DNA from: Tubiluchus corallicola | Lineage: Eukaryota > Animalia > Priapulida | Direction: 5' to 3' | Assembly: GCA_030141605.1 (NCBI GenBank) | Contig: JAQGDQ010000592.1 | Location: forward strand, 69,774 to 133,773 | DNA length: 64,000 nt | In this document: piece by piece, positions 24,301 through 38,769 of the stretch | How positions within the stretch are numbered: the first letter of the stretch is position 1 | Layout of the letters: every line of letters starts with the position of its first letter | Made by a program: the position numbers and the translations under genes | The notes under the pieces: model-generated | Database searches by the model: none | The model's input: the letters and a program-made list of their open reading frames with translations, nothing else | What the model was told of the DNA's origin: nothing

Positions 24301-27300
24301 GTCTGTCCGACTCTGTGCATCGAAAAACAAGTAATGGTTAACATAGTGGGTATCACAAAGTCACTATTCGGAAAGACATTTTTAAATTCCACTTTCGTTT
24401 GAAAGTCAAAATGTCTGTATGTTTCATGGCATAGTATTTAATCATAGCTGTGGACAAGGTCGCACTACCAAGTCAACATTGGAAAGTGTTTAATTAAACC
24501 AGACATCGAATAACAGCACCCATTGTCATTAATCGGCATAACAGATAATAAATCTCATCATAATCCGATTCATTGCCAAGTAAGCTACTCAATATTAATT
24601 ATTTAATTATTCCAGGCAGTCGTCCTTAGTGAAAGCAAGTACACGTAAAGCAAAAAATTCGCATTTTCAATATCAAAACTTGTAATTGTCATGCAAATGA
24701 ATAAAGTAAAATAACAAGAACACATTCATTACTATTATCACGAATGTAGTAACGTACGAACAGATCTCATAAAAACAGTGACAACGGACAACTTTATTTA
24801 TTAATTTGCCCAAATATACTATATGCACATTCTTTTACTGAGTGGCAACAAGTGAATGCCGCCTATTGGTCGTCTAAAGAGAAATATTGATACTAGACTT
24901 TAGATTGCTATTTATGGGAGGGTGAACATGAAGCTGTTTAGCTACTAACAGTGTGATGCCTTGGCAGTGTGTCGTCCTAAAATTCATCTTCGTGGAAACG
25001 ATATCTATTTTTGCACGTTTGTCGGGCAAGCTTTCTTAGCCCTCTTCGTCATATAGGCTCACCATGGAATGCAGAGACATAAGTTGTCAGTTCCTTAAGT
25101 CCTCATATTCTCCACACGTTCTGCTTGCTAGGCCGTGGTAATCTGGTGACTGCAGTGTATCTGCCAGGTGACAAAGTTACCTGATAGTATATTCTGTTGG
25201 ACTCATCGATGATCTGTAATCAGATTAACCGCAGCGCAATAGACCCACTGCGACAGCTTCAGGCCCCAATGTTGTGATGATGCTATATGACTGTGAGTAT
25301 AACCATTTGGTGGTCTATATAAAAAAAGGCTAAAGTGGTATGGTGATGTAAGCTTAGCTGGCAAAAGAAGTTTGCCTTTAAAACACAGCCTTAACAAACT
25401 TTTTTGCACCCTAATAATCTTGTTCTTTGTTGCATTACAGAAAAATGCAATGAACAATTCATACGTTACGCGTTACTAACTAAATACGCATTTCTTTTTT
25501 AGACTTACATTTACATTTATATTTGTAACCTCTAGATAAATAAACATTTATCAATTCCAGATAAATAATTTATAGTGTACCTAAGGGCTTATGTGGTCAT
25601 CTTGCATGTGGACGCTATACATATATGAAAACCTAAAAAATCTTCATTTGGACTTGAACTTTGAACTTCGGTATTTCAAGTGGCTGTATTAGTTGTTACA
25701 GCAAATAGAAACTTCGATTTTTCGGACTTGGAAATTTACTAGTATGAAACTTTCAAACCAATTTAAGATTCTATTTCAGGAGGTGCTTACTGAAAAACAA
25801 GTCAAAGTTAAATTAGAGCCATATACAACTGCGTCTTGGGAGCTTTCACACAGCATTACTGTAACAGATTGTTACAGCATCAAAGCTTGGTTGCAAAACT
25901 TGAAATCTTTAATTTCCTCCTCTCATAAAATAACATTGGCCTATTTTGTTTTACTGCGCAAATTATTCTAAAGGTTATTCTAAATTAGAGTTTCATAGTA
26001 TTTTTTCAAAAGTTTAAGCTCATCTGTATGCGAGTTTTACCAGCTGTTAATGTTTAGTTACTCGACCGAGTAACCCACATATTACTTAGCAGCATCCTCT
26101 TTACAAGTCTTTACACTGCCATATACACTATTTAACTACGGATTTGGCCAAGGCCATTAGAAAAATGAATATACAAGGTGGTATGCTGTATTAAACAATA
26201 GTGATAACCCACGCAGTTGTACCTCATCATGTTTAACAAACTGTTAAGTTTTCTATTTTCTTGCGCGAAGGGATACCACGGCAGGGCAGGGCAAATAACA
26301 AACGCACTTGCGGTGCACGAAATTAAGGGAAAGTGAGTGAATAAGAAAATAGGGTAAGGAGCGGCACGTGAGATGGCGTAGAGTGATCAAAAGGTACAAG
26401 CCGGATGACTTAAAAGGTTTCCATGATATACATAGGTGACGGTTTGGAATGCTCTGAATAGCATTTTATTCCACAATCGCGTCACGGTCTGGGTTTTGCA
26501 AAATTAGTCCTTCGTATTGGCTAATCTCGTATAAACGGTTAATTTCTGTTTTTGTTTCTCGATCACAAATTGTCAATCTATTACTGTTCATATCCAATTA
26601 AATTCACTGCATGTAGGCCTATAATAGTAATACCCACATAATAATAACTATGACTGTTACACGAAACATTGATTTACGTTTATTTACATTTTATTTTTCT
26701 TTTGTTGCCTATCCAATCGGATATATGCAGGAAAAGAGATGGATAGTGCTTACTCTGCGGAACTGATAACAATGGGATCGGGAAGGTTACAGCAAAAACC
26801 AAGCATTTGTAAGTTTGCTACTTTAAGGGTTTATGCGTCATGACAAAATTAGACAGCAGCTTATCTCAGTATTATAAGAAGTAGACACAATGTCTGTGTA
26901 TTTGCAATAGACGTAATAGAATACAGTATCAGTTTTCTATAATTTTGCTTTTTCTATTTGGTGTGACCAAAAATAAATTGTTTAGCCTCCACATAAACAC
27001 ATAAACTGTCTGTGTTCTGTTGTCTGTGTAATCTCACACAAACAGGTGCTTTCTGCTCTTATTTTTCGAACTTTAGCTAGATGACCTATCTCCATAATGT
27101 CAAGAAAAAAATTATTCTTCGAAAAAACTGTAACCTTAGAATCTGTCATACACAGGAACAAAACAAAAAGTGCAGGAACTGTAGCTCAGTCAGTTGGTAC
27201 TTTACGCGAGGGTTAACAGTAGCAAACTACTGCATTTCCACAAACAAATAACCTATGTGTATGCTGTTTATTCAACCAACAGATTACCAGAAACCGAAAA

Positions 27301-30300
27301 CTGTAGCATAATTATTTAGTGAGCACAGGTATTCGACAAAAGTGCAAGTACGTACAATATATTTTTGTTGTTGACAAGCAAAATGTGAGATCTATAATGA
27401 GCACAGGTATTCGACAAAAGTGTAAGTACGTACAATATACTTTTGTTGTTGACAAGCAAAATATGAGATCTATAATGAGCACAGGTATTCGACAAAAGTG
27501 TAAGTACGTACAATATATTTTTGTTGTTGACAAGCAAAATGTGAGATCTATAATTAAATCTTGTTCTTCAAGTCACGTACTTAAAAAAGAAATTATGCAA
27601 GCGAAAAAATTCGGTTATCGAGAACACTGGTTTAAACAATTCGCCAAAACAAACATTGCGACAAATGTTACAGTAATACAGTACAGTAGTAAATTTATAA
27701 TTGTTTTCTGTACTACTTGCAGTACAGATATGACATTATATATGTTACATCGTAATATAGACGAAATAAAAGCAGGCCGAGGTGAATAGGTATGTGGTTG
27801 CTGTATGTGCTTGGCAATTGAAGGTCAGCAACATCGAGCTTGGTCAGTAAATGCATGGGTGGCCGCTGTGGGTTTATATGACATAACTGGCCCAAGAGGA
27901 TTTACCTCGTTGAAGAAAGATGTATATGCATACGAAAATGAACAGGACATCTATTCCTATTTAGCATCTCCTCTTTGAGGATTATTGTTGACAATTATCT
28001 AGGTACTGGTCTCACCAGGGGTATATACATCAACAGCTTTGACGTTGAGTGTGGGTGCAACGAACAGCAAAAACAGAGGCAAGACGCGATTTCAATCACC
28101 GATCATTTCCCGAATAAAAATGTTTATCCGCAAGTTTTTTAAGACTTTCTAGGCTGGAATATCTTTTTTGGATGTTTTTCCTGAGAAAACTGGGAAACGC
28201 GCTATCCCGTTACACTGGCGACAAACAGCACGGAGACAACCATAGTGTGAGTAGCATTTGTATGTTAACTAAAGATAGAAACATCGCAACCCATAAATTA
28301 TTTGATATTAAAAGGTTTAACTGTACAGAATGTTGTTGTCCTTCAAACCGCACCGGTTCTCATCTCGTCTTGCCAGCCAAGGCCTTTCGTTGACCTGCTC
28401 AAATTTTTCTGTACCTCACCAATTGTAGCGTTAGACTGTCAGACAGCGCGACACTTGATTATTTATTGATTGGTCGTTTTTTGTGACGATTCCGTCCTCC
28501 AAGGTCGGGTGGCATTTTTTAAAAGCGGCTCATCGAATGCAAACGCTAGCAGAAAAAAGAAGTTACTTGAAACCAATAAAGTAAGTTCAGGTGTCAACTG
28601 TGCATCTGTCAAAGTTGTCCAAAAGTCAATTTTAAAAAGCATTTTCAAAACTGATTTCGTCAAAACGTGGAAATTGAAGTATAAGCGTTGCAGCATTAAT
28701 GTGATGTAACGTAGTAATTATTTTGTTGCATTACTCAAGGACCTCTATGTGCTACAAGGGTCGTAGAGGTACAAAAGTACAAGTATGATTTAATATTCGG
28801 TAACTCAACTAAAAAATTAGTCAAAAATATGCAGTAAGTTCGTAACTTTCAGAACAGTGTGCAAAATAACCAATATGAGTCGATTACTGTGAAAAAAATT
28901 TGTATGAAGCAAATGTGCACAGAAGTTTTATAGCAGCGCAATTAATTTTACATTTGTCTAAAAAAACCCTTTTTTTAATAATAATGTGTTTTAAATTATG
29001 TACCTACAAATTAATTTTCTCTTGTAAATATGTCTGTAGTCCGTGTATGTTTTTTAATATTTTATTTTATCTTTTAGTCTTTATATGTATGTCGCCTCTT
29101 TTAATTAGGAACTCTATTTTTGTACGACAGAAATTCAATAATTAAATTATGCTCTCAATATTTGGTTGAAAAGTCTCGCGTAGCTTGCACGTACTATACT
29201 GTGAAAACAGCGTCGAACTCGACTCAAGATCCTCCAACATTTCTTGTAATGTCTCAGAAGTTTGCTTTTTAAATACCCATCGATGGCATGTTTTTAGTTC
29301 ATTTTAGCCTCAGTATTGCCTTTCAGAACAATGTATTCGGTGGAGATTCCAGGCCACTCAGTTCGATAAAAAAAAATCCGGAATTTTGGAGTTATTGGTT
29401 CGGTAACGCGCCTCAAATTCGTGCTGTGCGAGATGCGCGAGGCTTGGCCACTACATGGTTCCCACGAAATGGTGATACTGCTTCAGTAACACAAACAATT
29501 AGCATAATTATTGTTGTGCGCCATTCTTTACAACACTTTGTTGCACACGAAGAGTGCATAATAAGGTATGTGCTGCAAAAGTGTTGCCTAACGGTTGACA
29601 TTTAATATACCTAAAGCCGACATGGTCTCGTTATAAAAATCTGAATATCAAAGATGAATTTTTTATAGAGTAAATGAAAGTTAAATGCGTTTCATTACTT
29701 GCAGCAAGCAAAACAAAAATGCAGAAAATTAGAAAAATGCTAATGATTTTCAAATTTCAGAATTATTAAGGGGCTATAAACTTTGATGTACGCACACATA
29801 ATTAAAGCAGTGAGGCTATTAGCGAAACGCTGAATATGATTGCTTTTGAACATTCCCAGATGGTAAAACCCCTAAACTGGTAAAAAGGCTGTTTTAGTGT
29901 TATGGAAAAATGATTTACAAAAACATTAAATATTTACGTCACTTTTAAGGTCATTCATCGAACGTGATTTTAAAAAGTTAAAACAATATATTTTCGTGTG
30001 CAGCAACTTCACCATCAAATTTATGATTTTCTTTATGCAAATTAAAGGCAAATTGCCATTTATATCTTTAAAAATTCCGAAAATTCCAATTTAACGTGAA
30101 ATTTAGAGTTGGCAGGTAGGACATTAGCTATCGAAATTTAAAGTTACAGCTCGATTTTGTTTAAATTCTTTGCATCTACCATCGCCTTTTTTCGGGTTTG
30201 GGCAGAAGAAGGCGGCAGAAACCCGGTTCTCCCACATAATGCCGAGTCTGGTTAGGTGTAAATGGTATGTGTTGCGGGTTTGTGGTTCTTTTGATTTCTT

Positions 30301-33300
30301 TGCTATGAACTGGACTTGAACTGTAACCGGACGCCATCGCATTTTCTCACAACAATCCTTAAATTCCCATAATAATGGCGTTAATCACATCTTAGTAATG
30401 AGCCTCGAGTCGTACCGCGAGCCAAAATCCCAGTGCGGTTCGGGGCGAATCGCACGTGAACGTGATGCGTGACTAGGGGTAGATTGCCCGATCACGAATC
30501 ACGTGCAGGTTACCTAATCCCAGGATTACTGCTGTCAGCCCCAGGATAAAGAACTAACGTAAAAAATCAAGTTCAGCAAAAATATACATGGCGTGAGCCT
30601 TATTTTACTAGGGCAACCCTTTTTGTTGCTGTTCGGCACAACCATCAACGTCGTGCGCTCGCACTCACTCTGCTCAATGCTGTTCAACAGAATACGAGGT
30701 ACACCAGCAAGAAGCAGAGCAGTACCATATATGCTTATTAAATCACAAAGAAATATTACCATGGACTTTTGTTTCACAAAGACATAAAAATAGAATTATA
30801 TTTGCATTTATTCCAATTTTTCTATCAAATATAAGCATTTCAATATAAGCATATCAACATGTTTCTGCAACACTGTTACGTCTAAGACACTGCACATTTC
30901 TGGATAGAACTGGCAGGAGAAGTAATTATAGTCTGTTAACTCGTTCGGTTGTGATTCGTTTTACATCACAGTTCACAAAGTACATTTTAATAATAATAGC
31001 CAGATTTGAAGCCGCTGAAAGTAGAGCAAAGGACTCAACAAAAAAAACTGTTGATACAGACTCGCTGAAAAATCTTGTCAATTCAAAGGTATATTGATTG
31101 ATCAATAACTTTAGTAAACATAATATAGGTGATGTAGGAAAAACGATCAGGCTCAACAGACACATGGGTGCGCTAAACAGTGAGCTCAATACGCAAAACC
31201 TTGTGTCGCCATCAATTAACAAGTAACAAGCGAGACATTGTGGAAATGATTAGTGCTGCCTTTTGAACTTCAAACTAGTAGCCTTTATGCACATAGTGCG
31301 TTAAGTGTCACCTTTTAACAATGCGCGATAACTTAAAACTTGTTTTTTTAGCAGACGCAATTTAAGGTGGTTCACGAAATAGGATTAAAGTCACGATTAT
31401 CACGACGCATGTGCCGTGAGCGGGGGAGTGCACGCACGTTTGTAAACTCTCAAATAAATCTTAGACATGACAGCCAGTAGATCCTATAATACGTGACAGA
31501 CACTGACTGTAAATCTTCCTTAAACAGTTTTGATAGAGAGCATGTGACTAAAAGCGTCACAATAGCTGGGGCATAGTGGTCATACTGGAATGGGGTATTT
31601 GTTCATCATTTGTTCCGCATTTGGCCCAGTACTCACCAAGTAACAGCATCTCAACTCACTCAAAAGTGCACAGACGTTGACAGACTTCAGTTAGGAATAT
31701 TCCTAACTCTTTACCCTCACAGAAATGGCATTCGTAATGAAAGTACGTAATAGCTTAAGTGCCATGAGGCTGATTTCATTAATAAAACTCAACATCTATT
31801 ACATTAAAATTACTCGCATAGTTTTCAAAGATGAAGCCCATCATAAATTCACGCATAAGCTTCTGGGGCTATCAAAGCAAAATGCAAACTTTTCACGAAT
31901 TGTAGGCGTACTGTTCTAATTCCTCTGCTTAACCGCCTTCTCCGTTTTGACAGTCTGTCTCAATATAAATGTGGTTCAATACCTAACATACTGTTATCTT
32001 TTTACGTGCTTTGTCACTATAAGGCCTTTAAGGCCAAACTGAGTTGTCTAAATATTTAAATGACTCTTAAAACTAAAAAATGCTACCTATACCTGCAATG
32101 GACATCTTGTTAGCATTAAAAATTCTTAATGAGTGTTAATTATAGAAACTTTATATTAACGATATAAATCTAAAACAGTAAAAAATCTCTTCACTCGAAT
32201 AAAGATACCTTGGCATGTTGAGTGTTGATAAAGAAATGTCTACTAGAAGATGCAAGACTATGAGCTTGACTAGTGCGAATCACTTCACAGACATAACACA
32301 ACACCCAAAGCAGACTAACTATGGTTTTTTGAGATTATAAATTAATTATAATAGCCAAAACTTCAAATTTTCAAAATGATGAAAAATAATTCGCTAATAA
32401 TTTCAATGTGGGTCAGGCTCGCAGAAAATACAATACACCAAGTTAACCGAAATTTCAATGTCTTTGCAAAACGCAGAGACCTAAAACCAAAACATGTAGA
32501 AAGTCATTTCAGAGAAGTTGTTCTCATTCCATACTCTTTGTTGCGAATACCAATTACTAGTTAAATGGCACTTTGCGCTAACGTGCTCAACGGTGAAGCA
32601 TCTTGTTGTGTTGTTACTAGAACAAGGTTATAGATAATAGTTTGTGTTGAAAGAAGATTAAGATATCAAGCTTGACCGTGACACAAACCCTACTGTATTT
32701 ACAGAGATGTTACTATACTATGTATCTTAAATGACATTACAAACAATTTTATAATTTAACAGCATTGAGTAAATAGCCAGCTGGCAAGCTGCTGGTCAGT
32801 CTTAGGTGATAAATTCTTTTTCATATCTTCGAGTTTAAAAGGTTTTAGGAATTGCTTTTTCGTGTCGAGGAGCTAATTATTTTTGGAAATTTACTTAAAT
32901 AATTATGAGACGATCTTAATGGCAATTTAGTTACTGAGCCTATAATTCATGAGATTTTTTTTGGCTTCAAACTTGGGTTCGTCAGTTTACCGCAGCATTT
33001 TTACATATACCGGACTTTTTCTATATGTAGCCATATAGTGATTTGACACCTTTGTTATAGGGTCAGAATCAACTTCAAATGTAGTCGAAATTCTCAGCTA
33101 CTGAGTAATAGTTTACCACAAGATGAACATCGTCTGTCGATTAGCTGCAAAGAAAACTGAAAATCAAATGAGTGAGGGCTTATGAAACGCCATATTAATT
33201 GTAATATATGTATTGTTCACTTGCTGATATCTAGGATAATCGTCATACCTAATACAAACAATGCATGATCTAATAATCTGCATGCGTCTCTAAATCTGGA

Positions 33301-36300
33301 CCCACTCAGCCGTCTCTCTCTGTCTTCAATCTGTCTACAAACTCTCTAGATCTCACGCTCTTTTTCTTTCCTTCTGTGTATAACACCAATTTGCACAAAA
33401 ATAGTGATTAGTAATCTAAACTCAGTGCAAAAAGACAGAAACACATTTAAAAAATATTTGTTCATTTACTCACCCATCATGGTTATATTGAAACTTCTCA
33501 AGCCTATCTTCACTCCAAGCTCTGCTTCTATTTTGATATCACTGAAAGCTTTATATGGGCAAGCTATTGAGGTTGTTGCGACATGCCAGTCTGAGCCATA
33601 CGTGCACACTGAAATCAAAATTGAACTTAAAAAAGCCCCCGAGATTATTAGCTTTAAAATTATAGTATGCGTTGTTTTAGTTTTTTATAAATGCTTTAGT
33701 TGTACTTTTGTGAGCGTGTGTGTTATGTAAATGACTGTAAACAATTTATACTAATATTTGTATATGTGTTCAGGTACCCAACAAATATATCAAATATATC
33801 ATGTATAACCATGTATTAGTAGTAGAAATGTAGCAAACAGCAGCCATGTTTCTGCAAGATTTGAGGTTTAAACAAAACGGTAAATGCTAGAATGAAAACA
33901 GTGATAAAGAGTTTCGTTTCTTTTTTTAATTTGCTTATGTCGAAAATTCTGTTGAAATAGTTTCGGAATTTGAAACGTTTATTGGAGATGGAACAACTAT
34001 AAGTTACGACTTTCTACAAGGCTGTCTACAAAACTGCTAAAATTCAACAATTTTTTCAGACTTCTTGGACCATATCGCCCAACACGCATAATTTTAATGG
34101 AATCATTGGAAGCTACTGTCAATTGACTTCATTATAGGGAATGCGTACATCACACGAGTGATTTTGCTGATGAGACAGCGCTTTGGCAGAGTTTGTGTGG
34201 TGGACACGCAGGCTTGTGGTTTTAGCAAGGCAATCGGACGGTAAATGAATTTGGAGGAATTTTCTAAGTTTGGGAATTGAGGATAAAAGTGGAGTCAGGT
34301 ATACTAGGTTATCAAGTTATCAGCGTTATGTTTTTCAAATATTACAGCAATATAAATTCTGATTAGTGATTATTCGGTTATTTGCTCTAAAAAGTTCGGC
34401 ATTGAGAGTACCAACACACAACACATGAACAATGGCACGTAGGCATGCACTCTTCAAAAATTCAATGCAGATTTAATTACTGTTATGGCCTGTTCATGAT
34501 TTTATGGCAAGCACCTAGTTTGTGGAAAACTCAAGTAGATCACATGACAATCATAAACAGAATATAGGAAAAAAGGAACATATCTAACTGATGAAAGCAA
34601 CTCTGACTACAAACGCCTACGCAATTTCGAAGTCTAGATACGAATTCTAAAAGTATTTGTTTGCCTCTGGAGGAAGAAGAAAACGATAAAATTATTGCAA
34701 GATGCAATATATGCACGTAACAAAAACAAACTTCTTACACTAAGTCCGATATTTAAATAAATGCCTTCACATGGGATTTCCGAATAAATCGAGTTTTGAT
34801 TACACTTTTATAGTATCTACACATTGTGCAGAAAAAAAATGTTTTCAGAAATTACAATTGCTAGCTATCTGCAATTGTCCAAATTTATCCGGACATGGCA
34901 CAGCGTATTTTATTGCTAAACTTATCTTTGGATAACAAACTTATTATGAATTTAATAGTAGCCTACTTTGTTATTCAAACATAAAGGTAGCACACAATTG
35001 CGAAACTAAACCTGTAACAGGAACGTCTAGCTATCTATTCTTGCTCGTAAAGAAAAGCCTTGCTAAATCAGCAGAAAGCGATATTAAAGTCTAGAAACGA
35101 TTTAACAGTTTTACATGTACGTTGAAAATAAGCTAAAACTTTGAATAGAACAGTCTGGTACTGCCGTTACGGTATGCCTAAGAGCCGAAAAATATTCATT
35201 AACATTTTTAAAAGGTTGACGAAAGTACCATGCCACATTTATCCGTTCGATTTTCCTTTCGTTCTTAATTTTTGGGAAATTACAGTATTTTGGACTCACC
35301 TAGAATAACACTTCCAACAAATAAACTCACAGTGACTGCGAAGAATGTCTTGAAGCGCTGAAAATAATAAGTAACTCAATTACAGCTTGTGCTATTGCAG
35401 TTTGTGTTCTAGTATGCCTTTTCTAATTAAAAGGCAGTTAGAGCTCACATTTATGTAGCACCCCAATTCCTCGAGTATAACAAACACGAGGCATGTACAG
35501 TGCGAATGTAGCCTCTAAAGCCAAATAACTTGATAGCTCCAATGTCAGGTTTACCCAGATTTCATTGTTCACACGCGATATGTCAAAGTTTCTTTTGTAA
35601 TTTGTAATTTATTATCCACTTCAGCATTACATAATATAGAACTATAGTGTGCAGATTGAACAAATAGGTACATAGAACAAATGTAGTTACAATAATTGTT
35701 GTAAGTTTTTGAAACAAAATTACATTAATATAGTTACTAAACTTTATAATTACCAAGAGAATCGTCCCAGACTACACTTTCATGATTGGTACATATGTAC
35801 GGGACGCTTACGATAGCTGTATCGCCCTCAAACTAAATTAGTCAGTAGATCTGTTTCTATAAAGAAAGCTACTGGCTGTGTGTCATTTGGCTTATTAGGT
35901 CTACTTCAACATTAGGTCTACTATAAAATGTTCGTAGAATTTTTACCTTTTCTTCGCTAGAAATTTGGAAAAGCAGGACGGATATACCGTGATATGTGTC
36001 TGGATAAACTGCGTAATTAAGCAATTGGAATGACGCAGTTTTGCATAAGATCATTATTTAGTATTTCATCAGGGGCCCACGTAGCCACAGATTTTCCGTG
36101 TACATTCTAGACCGCCAAAAATCTGATCATCACAAAATTAATGTCCGACAATAGTCACAATGGTCAAAAAATGACTACAAAAATATATATAATTATGTTT
36201 TTAACATTTATAGGATTTTATAGGATGATAATATGTGCGTATCGGACATTTGTAGAGCATTACTTCCTCCAACGAAGCACGTACAGTCACTGTTGCCTGG

Positions 36301-38769
36301 CCTGGAAACAGTGATGTGTGTTCGTGGTGGAGTTTTCTGCGGTTTACTCAGATAATTCTGGGAATTTACCTAGGGTGGAATTTTCCTTTTAGTTCGTTTA
36401 ATCCATTTTGCTAACTAAACAATAATATTTTTTTGGTCTAGTATGTATATAAACCGCTTTGAACCGAGCTTTCATGGCATGGTTTTTTACAGTGCAGGTA
36501 CCTAGATTTACTATACACAAAAGATATCTGGGAAATTTTCCAGTTTGTTCAAGGAAACATTAGTGGGAAATTTTCAGGGGAATATTTACATGCAACTGAT
36601 ACAAAGGCTATTATAAACATTTAGTGTTTGCTTGAAAAGTAATAATGTTTTTTATTTGAAATAATTTATCACCCAAATTATCTAAAGAATGGAACTGCGG
36701 AGTTTACCTGGGTGGGGCTACCCATACGTCACGCACACATTTCCTCTTATCTCAGCTAAGTTTATATTGTAAACTTGGGATTTTACCTTACTACATGTAT
36801 ACAGACAAAAACCATCAAATTTACAAAAATCAATGAAACCACCAGCGACGTCAGCTAGAGTAATAAAATTTTCGTAGAGTTTTTATTGGCTATACCAGAA
36901 AACGTACACAAAATAATTTTTTAAATCAGAATAATTTCTTTGTCTACGTTAACTGAAACCAGCCTATATTCACTTTAGCTGATATTACAGAATTTATAAT
37001 GACAGCTTTGTTTTTCGTCAGGTAATTAAATAGGTAAAGCTCTGCAAAGTCACTGCTAGAATTTGACTTGTGGAAGGGTTCCTACATTGCATGTATATTT
37101 CTTCCGCCCTTCCTTCTGCCGTCTCGACCTTCTCTCATCTGACTTATCTCTCTCCTTACTCCTTACTAATGCTAGGAACTGTTTGAAAAAATTATATCTT
37201 CTTAGGCTCTTCCAGTTTGTAGCGCTAAATATTGCAACATATTTTTCATCTATAAGTAATAAAATGTTCGGGAGAATATGCTCTGCAAAATTAAATGAAC
37301 AAATACATAAATAAAGTAAATAAAGATGACTGTTTGCAAAAAACGAAATTAGAAAAGTGACGTGGTGACAAAATAATTTCTGATTATTAGTTCAGTAGAA
37401 GTGACAGGACTATATACTGCCATGTATGATACATAGGACATTTGTGTCTTAATGTAGATTTTTGAAGTCCATACATGTAAGTGTTTAATATACATGTGTA
37501 GCCCTTTAACCAAATGCTTGTATAAAGACATTTAAAACAGACAATTACTGCTTGCAACCTAAGTACTAGTAAATAGCAAGCATGGTATGCACGCTTCATG
37601 AAAGACCCCGAGAATTAAAAAAACCCTTGTTTATATAATTTGTTATATAAATATTATTACTCAGCAGATTTGATCTAACGGTTTTCTTTCGCACAAATAC
37701 ACACCTACTTTAAACAAAATGTCGCCAAACTTCATCAAAAGGAATGAACTTTTTTCATGTTCAAATTAAAATTTGGAAGCAAAGTTCACTGCCAGGTTGT
37801 TCAATGTTACGTTACATAAACCCAGAATTGCAGAGTTAATCTCTCCAATAACATTAACAATGAAAATCTGACGCGTTCGGCATACAACCAGTAAAGGTTA
37901 AAATTGCACGACACTGCCAGGGAAAACTACGCTAGATAAATTAAAAGCATAAAAATGTAACCTTTAGCGACGAAAAGTGATAAGGTTATAAAGGTCAACA
38001 CCATTATGCAGTCATCATGGCCGACCAAGCCTTAATTACTTGTTAAATAAAGAATTAATGGGGTTGTTTAAGCCATTAGAGGTTGCCTGGTGTCAGTGAA
38101 ATATTTTGGATCCTCGTTAATTTCTTTAACGGGACAATCGTTGTAATAAAAAAGTCGCCAGTTTGAATCTATCGTCATTAAACAACTTTTGATTTGAATT
38201 TTACAGATAATAACTGAAGCCATTTTGCGCGCGGGCGCTATATTGTGATTTTAAGAAGACTGCTAAAGGAATTACATTCCAAGATAGTTTTGCACTGCTA
38301 GTTTGGCAGTGTAATATCTTAATTAATAGTATAGATCAGTTTACATATTTAACCTTTGGTAATGTAATTATCTTAGGTTACTATTAATTTATTAAATATC
38401 CACCTTTTTATATGTTTTATGAGCCAAATAGGTTTGCATTTGCTACGTATTTGTATTTATAAAATAGAAATGAAAGAATAAATTATAGTGAAAACTCAAT
38501 ACCAGTGACCAGTCTGATTCTAAACTACAACAGCAACAATCACATAAATACAAATATATAAGAGACATGTTTGATCTGCTGCTCGATCTAAAAATAGGAC
38601 ATACCTCTTTTCGAATTCCAGGCAAAATTATTAGAAAGGCGAACATGAACATAATAAAGAGGATGCATAGTGCAACTAGGAGAGAATCTTGTGTTACTGA
38701 TGTTCGGTTCTCTCCGTATAGAGTCGGACCTCCCCCGGACCGAAAGGCGCCAAACCACGCGTTCCCCAT
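8215..38769 (-). CDS. DUOXA1: Dual oxidase maturation factor (DUOXA / moladietz-NIP family), complete, 7 coding exons, 335 aa
   Basis: Exons (-): 38769-38605 (MGNAWFGAFRSGGGPTLY...IILPGIRKE), 35357-35300 (RFKTFFAVTVSLFVGSVIL), 33608-33474 (VCTYGSDWHV..PYKAFSDIKIEAELGVKIGLRSFNITMM), 23448-23386 (GAP..YYNERISWHG), 10705-10552 (..ALVKGLPYPILTVAEHF..WGRCYRSAGYY), 9500-9289 (TAFAIWLVGNVL..FGWCYWLVMAT), 8435-8215 (GTLCIFVGAII..*). Total 1008 nt, all phases agree, and the hallmark DUOXA motifs are in the expected order. The symbol denotes the family, not 1:1 orthology. Acceptor AG at 38793-38792 implies an upstream 5'UTR exon. Confidence 0.95.
12990..13560 (+). mobile_element. Decayed non-LTR (CR1/L2-like) retrotransposon 3' end
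   Basis: 13430-13545 reads RTEKVCF*VYGVELFNRVPQTVR*...FKKAV, resembling the ORF2 C-terminal motif RT....F...G..LWN.LP..IR......FKK. Boundaries approximate. Confidence 0.4.
15173..15373. repeat. (TAG)n microsatellite with TGG/TTG interruptions
   Basis: Directly visible; explains the poly-Y/L/T ORFs. Confidence 0.98.
17447..19042. mobile_element. Inner foldback-type element with TTCGCCA(G/A)T subterminal repeat arrays
   Basis: Many TTCGCCAGT/TTCACCAGT motifs at 17495-17785 and inverted (C/G)TGGCGAA motifs at 18830-19030. Imperfect termini GGGTTTCAA / TTGAAATACC. Confidence 0.6.
18020..18216. repeat. 40-bp GC-rich minisatellite, ~5 copies
   Basis: Unit CTTCGTTTCACTGTGGCCCCCTTGCCCCACGCAGCCCCCA at ~18022, 18061, 18101, 18141, 18181. 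Confidence 0.95.
20967..22374. mobile_element. PIF/Harbinger DNA transposon, internally deleted
   Basis: ~32-bp TIRs GGCCGCATTTCCACTGCGCCCGCACAGACACA / TGTGTCTGTGCGGGCGCAGTGGAAACGCGGCC, flanked by TAA and TAT. MADF exon on + from 21142 (MEDEQIVRAVEIRPALYDKSNPKYSHRDFTRQLWAEVA). Convergent stop-containing transposase on - at ~22270-21977 (RFWVHPIFENRG*..YLRM..KQNTNFRDCISPEQRLVVTLR). Confidence 0.92.
22401..22743. mobile_element. Possible hAT-type MITE remnant
   Basis: Ends TAGGGCTGCATTAA / TAATTCGGCATG with internal GGGGCCCC-like motifs, resembling CAGGGCCGGATTA-type MITEs; degenerate, no TSD resolved. Confidence 0.35.
23805..24125. repeat. Tetranucleotide tracts (ACTT/ACTC)n followed by opposite-sense (AAGT/AGGT)n
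   Basis: Directly visible at 23805-23945 and 23990-24125. Confidence 0.85.
27320..27553. repeat. 78-bp tandem repeat, 3 copies
   Basis: GAGCACAGGTATTCGACAAAAGTG... starts at 27321, 27399, 27477; the 26-codon period explains the repetitive ORFs. Confidence 0.97.

Noticed and set aside
27312-27789. 156-aa ORF with 26-aa repeats and its antisense ORFs
   Set aside because: Explained by a 78-bp tandem triplication; open on both strands with no recognisable domain.
30124-30342. ORF with FFCPNPKKGDGRC, vaguely like a GRF zinc finger
   Set aside because: Lacks the first Cys pair and has no splice support.
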